Shown one piece after another: positions 13,312 through 25,774 of a stretch of 64,000 nucleotides of DNA (position 1 is its first letter; the number at the start of each line of letters is the position of its first letter). The notes under the pieces are model-generated. The model made no database searches. It worked only from the letters and a program-made list of their open reading frames with translations, and had not been told where the DNA came from. Both the position numbers and the translations under genes were made by a program. Source of the stretch: Neocallimastix sp. 'constans' (Eukaryota); assembly GCA_050613775.1 (NCBI GenBank), contig JBODTK010000121.1:372001-436000 (forward strand). Direction: 5' to 3'.

Positions 13312-13933
13312 TGTAAGAAATCTTCAGTTAATAAAATTAGAACCTTAGTTCAATGGTTAGTTACCTTGACCATGACCAATACTTCATGGGTTCGACTCAC
13401 ACCTCAACTCATTGTGCATAAATAATTATTTTATTAATTATTTTATTAATTATTAATAATATCTTCTTGAATATTCTTTCTGTATAAATTATAGAAAGTT
13501 AAAGATTCTTTCGGTTCATAATTCAACCGAAATGAATTTAGAAATTCTTATTATATAAATTATTTTATTCTTTTTCGATAAGATTCATTTTCATCAATTA
13601 AAATCTATATTCTAGAAACTTTACATTATTAATTATTACAAACATATTTCTAATATTTCTTTAAAATTATTTTTATATGTTAAAACTGTTTTTCCGTTAA
13701 AAGTATAAATAGTGCGAACTTCACGAATGAAAATATTTTTCTTCGTTCTTTTATTAATAATAATTAACGTATAAGTAATTTGAAATATTACCTTTGTTGA
13801 TTAATATTAATAATTATTTTAAATTTTATAATTAATAAAAAATATTTTTAATTAAACGAATTATTTATACAGATAGTGTAAACCTATTGAGTTTTCTCCT
13901 TTCTGTGTCTCTACACCACGCTCCACCGTTACA
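13312..13933 (+). repeat. 3' LTR of the plus-strand chromovirus, with tRNA-like A/B boxes
   Basis: TGTAAG...GTTACA; follows the conserved 3'UTR motif; TATA GTATAAATAG ~13702. Confidence 0.8.
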
Positions 13934-14921
13934 TATTAATAGTAATATTTTTATATATTTAAAACTTATATTAGCAATATTAATAATAAATCTTATTTTT
14001 TTTATTTTTATACTAATAATCAAAATTTGTATTAATAATATTTTTATATATTGATAATTAAAATTTATATTATATTTTTAACTCTTATTATAAAATTTTA
14101 TATCAAAATGTTTTATTTTATATTAAAAAATAATTTATTTTATTAAAAACCTTTATATTTGTAACGATATCAGCATCTGATAGACTCGGGGTTAGACTAA
14201 TTAAATCAAGTATGGGGGGATGGGAGTTACCATGCTTTGTTTTAATAAATTTAATAAAATTCTTTTTTTAATAAAATTATTTATTATTTATTAATATTTA
14301 ATATTTTTCTTGAAGTACATATTTATATTTTAAAAATTTCTTGTGATGTTTATATTTTTTTTATATAAATTTAACTATAATTAATTGTTTATAATTTAAA
14401 TAGTTTTTTAATAATCTTTAATTATTTTAAATAATACTTGTAATTATTTTCAAAAATAAAATAAAATTTTTATAATATTTAATTAATAATTTTAATAATA
14501 AATTTGATAATATTTAATAATGAATTTTTATAATAATTAATAATACTTTTAATAATAAATTTAATTAATAATTTTAATAATTTTATAATAATATTTAATA
14601 GTTGTAATAAATAAATTTTTATAATAATATTTAATAATTTTAATAATTTTATAATATTAATAGTTTGTAATAAAATTTATAATAATATTTAACTAATAAT
14701 TTTAATGATTTATAATATTTTAGATGTATAAAATTTTAATATTTACAATAGTATTTTAATATACACATATATTTAATAATATAACAATAAAGTAATTAAT
14801 TAAAATTGACTTAAAATTAACTTTACAAGTTAAAATTAATTTATATCAAAATAAATTAATTTTTATAATTAGGTTTAGGTTATCAAGAATATAGGAAAAT
14901 ACAATTTAGTAAAGAATTATT

Positions 14922-15385
14922 TGTTAAGATTTTGAAATATTTTTTGTTTTAAATTTAAATAAAATAATATGTTTTATTAAAAATTTACTAAGTCGATATG
15001 TCTATATAGTAATAAGCTATATAGATATATAATAATAATAATAAATATTTAAATGGTTTAGTTTAACAAAAATTTATTTATAATAAGCTTTGATAATTAG
15101 AATTATTAAATTAATTTGATTTTAAAATATTTATTTTATTTAATAATGAAATATCTATAACATATTACTATTAAGGTAATTTTACAATAACCTTACAAAG
15201 AACATAAAAGATAGATTTTTACATCTTTCTTTTATACTTTGTAAGTTACATAATAATAATATTTAATTATAAGATATTAATAATATAGTAATATAAATAT
15301 TAATAAAATATAAAGATAAATTTAATTATATAATTAATTAGAATAATTGAAATTAACATAGATATGTTGTAAACATAATATAAAT
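14922..15385 (-). repeat. Family A LTR, 3' half
   Basis: Near-identical to 24576-25039; shorter copy at 37520-37683. Confidence 0.85.
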
Positions 15386-17246
15386 TGATATAAAACAAAT
15401 ATGTGTAGCAACATATTTGCATATTTAATAATAATTATTAAATATTAAATTTATATCTTTTTGATAATAAATATTTTATTTTATTTTATTTCAATATGTA
15501 TTATTATAATTATAATAATTATAATACTTTAATTCATATAAAATTTATATAGTTCTATATATTAGAATATATAATTAATATATTACCTATTTCTTATAAA
15601 TAGTTTAAATTATTTATATTAGAAATAGAGAACTCTCTTGTTTAATTTTTAGGAATTAGAATTATTATTTTAATTGTTCGAATATTATAATTTTATTAAT
15701 AAAATTTACTAAACTACCATTATTTAAAACCCACTGCTTATAAATTATTGCACATAAAAGTCCCACATATCGAAAATTGGTGGATATGTCCGGGATATGC
15801 TGTGTAAAATGTAATTTATAAGTAATGGTGTTTAGTAATTTTGTTAATTTATTATAAATTCGTATATATTTACATAAATTCTCTTCAGTTAGGATTAATT
15901 AAAATACACTGTTTAGGATATAAATTTTTAATTTTTTTTATTGGTTATTTATAATTATTTCTTCTTTGGTGAAGAGAAAGTTATACACTATATGCTATTT
16001 CATTCATTTTAGTATAGTTTAAATTAATTGTTTTAAAATAAATAAGAATTCGGAATATTTTATAATTATTTTAAATAATATATATATATATAAAAACATT
16101 ATAATTGTATATATAAATATTAAAAAAAAAAAAAAAAAATACAAAAATTTAATAAATAAGTACTATTATTTTTTAAATTAATTGTTAATAATGAGGAATA
16201 ATAATTTTAATTGCAATCGGGTAGATACTGGGACTCTTCCAAGAATTGATGGATCTCGTAGAGACGCAGAAATCTGGAAGTTTAAAATTAATGATTGGTT
16301 TATGAGGGAAGGTATTACTACCGATGAGAATGAATTTAGTTATATAATTACGGCTGTTGAAGATGATATCGTAAGGGTATTTATGGAAAAAGAAAAGAAG
16401 TAAATAGAGCTCTTAACTTTGGATAAATGCGTTAAATTAATTAAAAAGAAATATTGGAGGGAGAATTTGAAGGAAGATAAACTATGTCAATTAAAAAAAA
16501 TTATTATAACCCCAAATGAAAATGTTTGTGATTTTAATACTAGCTTTTTGGAGCTATACGATCTATTGGATTTCAACGATAAGTCTTATATATCTGTTAT
16601 TGATTATAAAAATGCTTTACGACCAAGAGGTAGAATTTATGAAAGGGTTGCTATGGCTGATGTTGATAATCTAGAGGATTAGATTAGCCGAAAATTTTGA
16701 AAGTATAATATACAAATCTCGAGTAGGCAATGAAATATGGGGTTCTTTTATACTTCTAATATTAAGAATTATTATAATAGTGTAATAAACTATGGCCAAA
16801 TTGAAAGATCAAATTATAAAAATAATTTTTCTGATAAATATAATAAAAATGCATTTAATATATGGATTGGAAATAATATTAGGAATCAAAAGAATTTTAG
16901 GAATTATCCTATAAATATTGTGACTCAAGGAATACAAAATAATAACTTAAATAAATATTCTAAACCTAGGCAAAACACATACAATTATTATAGATTTGGT
17001 ATAGATAATAATAATAACAATAATTTAAATATTAGTAATGATAATAATATATCATACCATTATAGAAATCGGAAAATTTTAAAATAAAATTTAAAAATTA
17101 GTTCAACAAATAGTTCAACAAATAATAATAAAGTAAACGGTAATAATGATAAAAATAATAGCAATATTAATAATGTTAATGAAAACATAATTAATAATAA
17201 TTCAATTAATAATATTATCAATAATGGTATATCTAACTTGGCTACA

Positions 17247-17319
<73 letters not shown>

Positions 17320-17653
17320 TTAATAATAATAGTAGTAATAATAATAATGATGATGATAATAATGATGATATTTATAATAATAAGAAAAATAATAATAAAA
17401 ATGACACTTTGAATAACATAGTAAATGTGGAACAAAATAAATTATACGCATTCAAAATGGATAATTTCAGAAAAAAAATTATAAAATAGGAAACGCCAAT
17501 AATGGAAAATTTGAAACAAACAGTAATATTATAATTACTAAAGAAGAAAACAAAAATAGTTTCACTAGTAATACAGATATTAAGAAAAATAAAAATAATA
17601 ATATGGAAATTATTAATAGTATTGTAACAATAAATATTAAAACTATTGATAAT
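15386..17653 (+). mobile_element. Degenerate truncated copy of the gag-only Gypsy element (family C)
   Basis: LTR 15386-15772 (starts TGATAT), mutated PBS from 15778, broken gag from 16182; homologous to 25775-29037; cut by the LTR at 17654. Confidence 0.88.
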
Positions 17654-17821
17654 TGTAACGAAACTCATAACTAGTAAATTAGTAACTATGGTTCAATGGT
17701 TGGGACGTAATGCTCTATATTAATTATTTTTATAATATTTTATTTATTTTTATTTTATTTTATTAATATTATTATTTTTTTCCTAAAAATTTATTTTTGT
17801 AAAATTTCCTATTAATATATG

Positions 17822-17853
<32 letters not shown>

Positions 17854-20800
17854 TTAATTTAATATTTTTTATACTATTTGATTATTTTCCTAATTTTTAT
17901 TTTATAATTTTTATACAATTTAATTGTTAATATAAATTGAATTAATATATTTTAACTAAATATACCTTAAAAATAATAAACAATATTTATTTTAAATACA
18001 TATTAAAAATAATTAAAAATATTTATTTTAAATACATATTATTTAGAAATGTTAGTAATTTAAAATTATTTAACTATTTAGTTTATTATTTACATAAATA
18101 AAAATACTAACTTTTAATTAAAAATATACTTTAATTTAATAATTTAATTGTTTGTTAAATAAATATCATTATTTATTTACTTATTCATATAAACTAATTA
18201 AATATAAATTTAAATAATTTAAATTTTTTTTTTTTTTTTTTTTGATTAGGTTATTTTTTTTTTAAATTTAAGAAATTTATATTTTTCTGAACGTAACGTT
18301 CCATGGTAAGTTACCATAACCATCGGGCTGAACCCTTAGGGTTCGACACCCACTTTTTCCAAATTTTAATAACTTTATATTTATTATAACTAGAATATTA
18401 AAGAAATTACTAGTGTTTATCGGTTAAACAATTGAACCGATAAAACTAGAAAAATCTATTTTATTAATATTTTTTATCATTTTTTATCTAAGATTCATTT
18501 TCTAGAAAGAAAACTTGATTTCTTTAATTTTCTTTAATTTTCTTTTATTTCTAGTAATTACTAATAACAACTGATAACTTAAAATAATTAATTTTCCTGA
18601 AAAACTATAAATAGGTGTAAAATTTCATAATAAAATATTTTTACTTGTGCTTTTATTAATTAATTTCAAAGTAATTTAAAATATTACAATAATTAATTAA
18701 AAAAATAATAATTTACATTTTTACTAATAAAAAACTTATTTTAATAAAACATATTTTGAATTACTTTAGTGTCGAGAACCTTTTGTGTAAAAAACCTTAT
18801 AACAATCTTAAGTAACATTAAAATTTGTTACAATAAAAGCACCCTTTGACAAAAAACACGAAACCTTCTCGAGACAAATCTACTCTTTTGGAATCTACTC
18901 TTTTGGAATCTACCTCTTCAAAACTTTAATCAATTCTTGGGCTACCGCAAATAATTATATTATCATCAAAACAATATTTTTTCTGTGGAATACTTTCTTA
19001 AAAAACTCTTTTCTTAAATCTATTATTTTTTGGATTATCTCTTTTTATAGGTTATCTACCTTTCTTTTGTATTCCTTCTTTACTCAAATTCTTGCCCAAT
19101 TTTTCCTTAGATTCTTCGCTTACTCTTTATTATAAACATACTTTTAAATTAAATTCTATCTACCCTTGGATTCCTCTTTGAAGCTCTACCTATACCTTTT
19201 GGATTTTAATAAAAAAAAAAAAAAAAATTTTATTATTAAATGAATATATAACCCTAACCCTATATTCTATAATATATTTAAGTGAATGAATATATAGTAT
19301 CATAGATAAATACTATAATAAATTTAATTGAACAAATATACTATTTATTAGATAAATTTATAGTAAAATTAATTGAACAAATATACTATTTACTAGATAA
19401 ATTCTATAGTAAAATTAATTGAATAAATATATTATTTATTAGATAAATTTATAGTAAAACTAATTGAACAAATATACTATTTATTAGATAAATTCTATAG
19501 TAAAATTAATTGAACAAATATATTATTTATTAGATAAATTTATAGTAAAACTAATTGAACGAATATACTATTTATTAGATAAATTCTGAAAGAAAATTAA
19601 GTGGACGTATACATAATTTTAGATAAAATCTAACTATAATCTTAGTGAAAGAATATAATATATTTTAGATAAATTAATACTTAAAACTAAATATATATAT
19701 TAGTAATTAGTTAAATAACTTTAAAAAAAAAAAAAAAAAAATTTTTTTTAATAAAATTTACTAATAAGGAGAATCTGTATAGACAATCCTTATTCTCTTT
19801 TATTCTTTTTTATTTAAATTCCTTAATTTTGTGTTGGCCCTCGCTGGTAGGCTCAGACGTAAGTCCTACATCCCAGCTCTTTCAGTTAAAAATTCACTGA
19901 AAGAACAGCAACACAAAAAAAGAAAAAAAAGAATTTTTAATTTTTAATAAGTTTTCGTGTTCATATTTTTAAGGTAATACGATAAATATACTAGGAGCGG
20001 TTAGAGCTCATAAACAGAGTTTCGGCGTATATTAACTAGTTTCAGTAGGTTAGAAACTATAGTCGTTAATTATTTGAAAATAAACGGGCTTCAAAACCCT
20101 AGAGTGTAAAGAGAGTGTGGATTAAAAGAGAACCACATCCTACCAACCAACTTCAACAGTTCGGTGGTTACTCTATTCGAATAAGCTCTGGCGAATAAGG
20201 AACTATAGTCACCGAAGGCTATAGGTTGGTCGTGAAGGTAAAGCGACATTAAAATATATAGTTTTTAATTTTATTTTGAGGTCTAGTATATACCTCTAGT
20301 TAGTAGCTTTTGCCGGTTTTTTTTTTTGTTGTAAGGCATTAAAAGCGAAATTTAAATTGTATTTACCTTAAATAAAAGTTCTTCAATAATTAAATTATCA
20401 AATTAATCTATTTTGAAAAAGCAAGAAAATGAAAGAAGATACCTTTTTAAATGCCAGTGCTACCAATAAAGATGGATTCGCTGGAGATCGTCGTTACTTT
20501 AAAGGATTTTTAGCGAAAATGAATCTAATATTCATGCTTGATCCCGAACGGTTTAATAATGATCCAATAAAGGTTGCGTATATTATTTCGAGACTCTACG
20601 GCTCTGCAATGAACTGGGCTGCTACTCTAATTGAAAATAACGATCCATGTTTAAATAACTATCAACAATTCACCTCAAGATTTAGGGCTACTTTTGGGAG
20701 CTACGATTCGACTTTCATTGCTAACCAGAAATTGAAGACAATTAAACAAAGACGCATCGGTGAAATAACAAACTATATTCTCGAATTCAATAGATATTCT

Positions 20801-21295
20801 GACGAATCTTCATGGAATGAAGAAGCTAAATTGGATGCTTTCCTCAATGGACTTAAGGACCAAATTGCTACCAAAATATATGAAATGTTTCCAGGACCAA
20901 GATCTCTTTTCGCATTACAAACTATTGCCTCTAGACTAGATAGTCGTATTGCTGCTCATAGACAATTTTCTAATCCACAAAACAGATCAAATAATAATAA
21001 TAATAATGATAACAGAAATAATAACAGAAACAATAATAATAGAAGACAAAATAAAGGAAAAAAGCCTTTCAAATTCAATACCCGAGGTCCTTTGTCTAAT
21101 GAAGAAAAGGAAAGAAGAAAAAAAGAACATCTTTGTGCCTATTGTAGATCATCTAACCATTCCCTTGACCATTGCCCACTAGTAAACAGAAATAAAGCCT
21201 CTTCTAGCAGTTCTCATATCACTAATCTTGAACCTAAAACCATTCCAAGAATAAGAATTTCTGATCAACCCGATGTAAAGCTACCAATTTTTAGC
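17654..21295 (+). mobile_element. 5' half of a Gypsy element: LTR 17654-18832, self-priming PBS, 1.6-kb leader, gag
   Basis: TGTAAC...GTTACA; TATA 18606; PBS ATAAAAGCAC complementary to the LTR at 18647-18656. Confidence 0.82.
19290..19680. repeat. Tandem repeat, ~45-46 bp unit, ~6 good copies plus degenerate flanks
   Basis: Repeated AATTAATTGAACAAATATACTATTTATTAGATAAATT(C)TATAGTAA in the retroelement leader. Confidence 0.9.
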
Positions 21296-21307
21296 ACCAA
21301 GGAGTAG
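20429..21307 (+). CDS. gag: Ty3/Gypsy Gag (capsid plus CCHC knuckle), 3' end truncated by a junction
   Basis: F.GD, GSAMNWA, LKTIKQ...YILEF, FLNGL, CAYCRSSNHSLDHC. Confidence 0.9.
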   Translation: MKEDTFLNASATNKDGFAGDRRYFKGFLAKMNLIFMLDPERFNNDPIKVAYIISRLYGSAMNWAATLIENNDPCLNNYQQFTSRFRATFGSYDSTFIANQKLKTIKQRRIGEITNYILEFNRYSDESSWNEEAKLDAFLNGLKDQIATKIYEMFPGPRSLFALQTIASRLDSRIAAHRQFSNPQNRSNNNNNNDNRNNNRNNNNRRQNKGKKPFKFNTRGPLSNEEKERRKKEHLCAYCRSSNHSLDHCPLVNRNKASSSSSHITNLEPKTIPRIRISDQPDVKLPIFSTKE

Positions 21308-22460
21308 ATGTCTCCAAGCAATAAAAGAATAACTTATAGCGAGTAGTTCTTTATCAGTAATTGTATAATTTATTTCGGCATTTAGTAAACTTCTAGAATA
21401 ATATGCTACTAGATGTAAATCATTATCTTTATCTCTTTGAGATAGAACAGAACCAATAGCATAATTACTTGCATCACATTCTACTATAAAAGGTTTTGTA
21501 ATATCAGGATGAAGTAGAATTGGAGAAGTAATTAATCTTTTCTTTAATTCCTTAAAGGCATTTTCACATTCATTCGTCCATAAAAATTTACTATTCTTTC
21601 TTGTTAAATTATGTAAAGGTTTTGCAATTTTTGCAAAATCTTTAAAAAATCTTCTATAATAATTGCATAAGCCAATAAATCTTTGAACATCTTTTAAATT
21701 TTTCTGGTCTTAGCCACTCTTTTATATATTTAATTTTCTTTGGGTCAGTAGATACACCATCACCAGATAAAATGTAACCTAAAAATTCAACTTTATTCTG
21801 GTCAAATTCACATTTTTCTAATATTGCATATAAATTATTATTAATTAAAGTTTGAAGGACATTTCTGATTTGATTATGATGCTCCTTCAAATCTTTGGAA
21901 TAAATTAAAATATCATCTAAATATAAGATCACACATTTTTCCAGGTATGGTCTAAGAATAGAGTTAATAAATGATTGGAAAGTGGCAGGCACATTTTTTA
22001 AACCAAACGGCATAACTAAATATTCGTAATGACCATATTTAGTACTAAACGTAGTTTTATATTCGTCTCCTTCTTTAATTCTTATTAAATTATAAGCAGA
22101 ACGTAAATCCAATTTCGTAAAATATTTTGCTCCCTTTACTTTTTCTATTATATCTGTTATTAGAGGGAGAAGATATGAATTTCTTATAATTACTGCATTT
22201 AATTTTTTATAGTCTACACATAACCGAAGGGAACCATCTTTTTTCTTTTGGAAAAGGACAGGATATCCAGCAGGAGATTCTGAAGGTCTAATAAATCCTT
22301 TTTCTAAGTTTTCTTTTATATAATCCTTAAGAACTTGTGATTCTTCTTCAGTTAATGGATAAATTGGGCCGTAATGGCGTCTTTTTCTAAAACAATCTTA
22401 CAGTCGGTTAAACGGTGAGGAGGTAATTTATCTGCCTCTTTTTTGCTAAATATGATTGCT
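21296..22460 (-). pseudogene. pol: Gypsy RT-RNase H fragment
   Basis: DLRSAYN, MPFGL, YLDD, ECDAS, WRHLL with frameshifts. Confidence 0.9.
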
Positions 22461-23399
22461 AAATCTTGATATTGATGAGGAATTCTTCTATTTTTGGTTC
22501 CTCATTTTCAATTTCAACTTTATCTTTCGTTGAAAGGAAACAATATATTAAAAAATTATAACTATATTCTTTTTTATTATTATATAAATCTCGATGATTT
22601 TTGTTAAATTTTTTGGAAGAAAATTTACTTTTAGATTTATTAAATATTTTACATATACATAAATTTTAGAATTTTTATTAATAGAATTTTTATATTTATT
22701 AAACTTTTGATTTTTTGAAAAATTTGAAAAATTTTTTAAATTAAATTTTCTGGAGATTTTTTTTGAAAAATTTTTTGATCTATTTTTTGAAAAATTTTTA
22801 TAATAAAATTTATTTTTTATTTTTCTTTTAAAAAATTTATTTTTAAAAATTTTTCTTTTCAACGAGTTTAAATAAAAATTATTTCTCTTATATTTTATGG
22901 ATTTATTTTTATGATCATTTAAAGAATTATAATTTAATTAAGAATATAAGGTATTATTTTTTATAATGTATTTTGAATTTCCTAATAAACTGATTTCCAA
23001 AAAGTAAATCAGTAGGAATACAATTTGAGATTAAAAATTTTTCTTTAAAATCTTGAAAATAAAATTTATTATTTTTAAAAAATTTAATTTGAAAATTTAG
23101 CCAAACAAATTGATCTAATTTGGTAGTTCTTCATGAAATACCTTTGACTAGGATTTTATTTTTTGTTTTTTGAACATTTAATTTTAATTTATTTACTAAT
23201 TTTTCTATAATAAAATTGTAAAAGGATCTTGAATCTAACAGAGATTCGGATGTTAATTTTTGAATTTTTTCATTTTTAATTGTAAAATTATTTAAAAATT
23301 TAATAAGAATATAGGATTTAAATAAAAGGAAAGTAGATGGGAGATTTGATTCATTGATTGAATCAAATGTAGGGAAATTATAATAAATTGTTTTTTAAC

Positions 23400-24541
23400 T
23401 TTTTGATGTTCCGGACTCCTTTTGAAGTCCATCAATTAGTTTTTTTGATTATTATTTTGATTATTATTATTGTTATTATTATTAAAATTATTATTGCTAG
23501 ATTTATTTTTAGTATAATAATAATTATTATTATTATAATTCTTGCTATTGTTTACATGTGGGCTTGAATATTTTTTCTCAAATTTTTATTACCAGTATTA
23601 TTTCTTAATTGGTCCTTACTTTTAATATTATTTTCAAATAAGATGCACTTAGTATAAATATCACCAAGCTTTGTAGGGAATTCTTCCATTTTATCTATTT
23701 CTTCTTGGAACTTTGGGTGAAGTCCATTATAGAAAAATAAAACATAGACTGCACATACTGGGTACCCATCTCCCAATATGGCCATACAGTTATTAATTAA
23801 CTGTAAGGTGATGAGTTATTGGCATAATGTATCAGCTTGGCCGCTCTCAATCGTCGTTACACACTGCCCGGAGATGCATTCCTAACGTTCCTACATATAT
23901 ATCTCTAATGACCACGAGCATCAGAACGGAATCATTAACTCCTCCCTAGTGGGTGTAATCATTGGCGATTGGAAATATTACAATCATCAAGGTCTATGCT
24001 TCAATTCAAAGCGTAGTATCAGGGTTGGGTGAAATAATCATTTGAGGGAAAGCCTTATGAATATAACGTGTGGTCTCATGATATCCCAGGTTAGAAACCT
24101 CATCCAATTATTTGGTGCCATGCCGAGGATTCGAACCCCGCTCTCTACAGTAACCTGTATCGTTCTAACCGACTGGACCAACATGGCTATAGAAAAATAA
24201 GACTAAAGCTTCTTCATCCCAAGACAGACCAGTAGTTAACGTTCTAAACTTTTCTATATAATCATTTATTTTTCCATACGAATGTTTTAATTTTACTAAC
24301 TAGATTTTAGTTAAATTAGAAAGTTGATTAATAATATTTTTATTATCTTTGTAAAGGGTATAAATTTTTTTTGTAAGTCCTTGTTTAATTCATTAAAATC
24401 TTCTTTTAATAAAAAATTATCATTAACAGAAGAAGCTAATTCGGATACGGTAACTTGGGCGTCAGACCTTAATTTATTAACTTCTGACATTGGAGCAATG
24501 TCAGGTACAGCACTAGCCCAGACCTTCGTATAGTAAGACAT
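23400..24541 (-). pseudogene. gag: Degenerate gag interrupted by a SINE and a deletion
   Basis: Removing the SINE and one TSD restores LTTGLSWDEEALVLFFYNGLHPKFQ; N-terminus 24311-24541 follows PBS 24575-24566. Confidence 0.8.
23741..24187 (-). mobile_element. tRNA-derived SINE, 447 bp
   Basis: Head GCCATGTTGGTCCAGTCGGTTAG...GGTTCGAATCC...GCATGGCACCA (A box, B box, acceptor stem); 13-bp TSD TATAGAAAAATAA (23728-23740/24188-24200); no internal T4 run. Confidence 0.88.
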
Positions 24542-24575
24542 ATCAATGTAGCAACTAAAACTAGGGTAAGGTTAT

Positions 24576-25039
24576 TGTTAAGATTTTGATATATTTTTTG
24601 CTTTAAATTTAAATAAAATAATATGTTTTATTAAAAATTTACTAAGTCGATATGTCTATATAGTAATAAGCTATATAGATATATAATAATAATAATAAAT
24701 ATTTAAATGATTTAGTTTAACAAAAATTTATTATAATAAACTTTGATAATTAGAATTATTAAATTAATTTGATTTTAAAATTATTTATTTTATTTAATAA
24801 TAAAATATCTATAACATATTACTATTAAGGTAATTTTACAATAACCTTACAAAGAACATAAAAGATAGATTTTTACATCTTTCTTTTATACTTTGTAAGT
24901 TACATAATAATAATATTTAATTATAAGATATTAATAATATAGTAATATAAATATTAATAAAATATAAAGATAAATTTAATTATATAATTAATTTGAATAA
25001 TTGAAATTAATATAGATATGTTGTAAACATAATATAAAT
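24576..25039 (-). repeat. Family A 5' LTR (3' half)
   Basis: Ends TCTTAACA directly before PBS ATAACCTTAC. Confidence 0.85.
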
Positions 25040-25748
25040 TGATATAAAACAAATATATGTAGCAACATATTTGTATATTTAATAATAATTATTAAATATT
25101 AAAATTATATCTCTTTTGTCAATAATAATATTTGAAATAATTTCTTATTCATATATTATTCAATATTTATATATATATTATTCATTATAATATGAAATAT
25201 ATTAAATATATTAAATTAAATAGTTAATTTCTTCTAAATAAATATAATAAGAATATTATTATATATATAACTTAACTATTCATATTTATTTTAAAGTTTA
25301 TATTAAAAATACATAATACTTCTATATATCATAATATATGATATAATGAAATAGTTTTAGTTATTTTAATTATAATTAAATATATATAGTTGATATTATT
25401 TATTATATTCATATTTATTATATAATTATATTCTTATATATTTAACTTTATTATTCTTATATTCATTTTAAGAATTATATAGTTATATTTATTACATTTA
25501 TTATTTTAATATATATTTATTATATATTATACTATACTCCGATATAATATTTTTTAAATGTATATTTATTAATATTTGTTAAATTATTATAAAGATTTCC
25601 TAATAACTACTCTTCTTTATTGTAGTTTAGAGAAGACCCTTGGTTAATTGGGTTTATAAATTAAAATATATTAATAAAGGTTAATTAAATATAACGATAC
25701 TATTAAAAATTAGTAGAAATTAGTAGTACATAAAAGTCCCGCATATCA
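25040..25748 (+). repeat. Solo LTR, family C long variant
   Basis: TGATAT...ATATCA; inverted near-identical copy at 52861-53560; flanks do not form a clean TSD. Confidence 0.88.
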
Positions 25749-25774
25749 TAATGACAATCACGTGCTTACATTAT

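Noticed and set aside
17202..17489. Poly-Ile and poly-Asn short ORFs
   Set aside because: Frames of an (AAT)n microsatellite within decayed gag. Most other short antisense ORFs in the track are shadows of retroelement genes.
19249..19262. TAACCCTAACCCTA as telomere or telomerase RNA template
   Set aside because: Only about two units inside a retroelement leader, with no other supporting features.
19290..19680. CRISPR-like array
   Set aside because: Head-to-tail tandem units without unique spacers; eukaryotic context; no cas genes.
19980..20260. Group I intron, RNase P or HDV-like ribozyme (ACTATAGTC, AACAGAG..CGGCGTA, GGCGAAT)
   Set aside because: Isolated short resemblances only; I could not build the required core pairings.
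24113..24187. Functional tRNA gene
   Set aside because: Anticodon loop is 4 nt, the D stem is mismatched, and the sequence heads a TSD-flanked insertion, so it is a SINE head.
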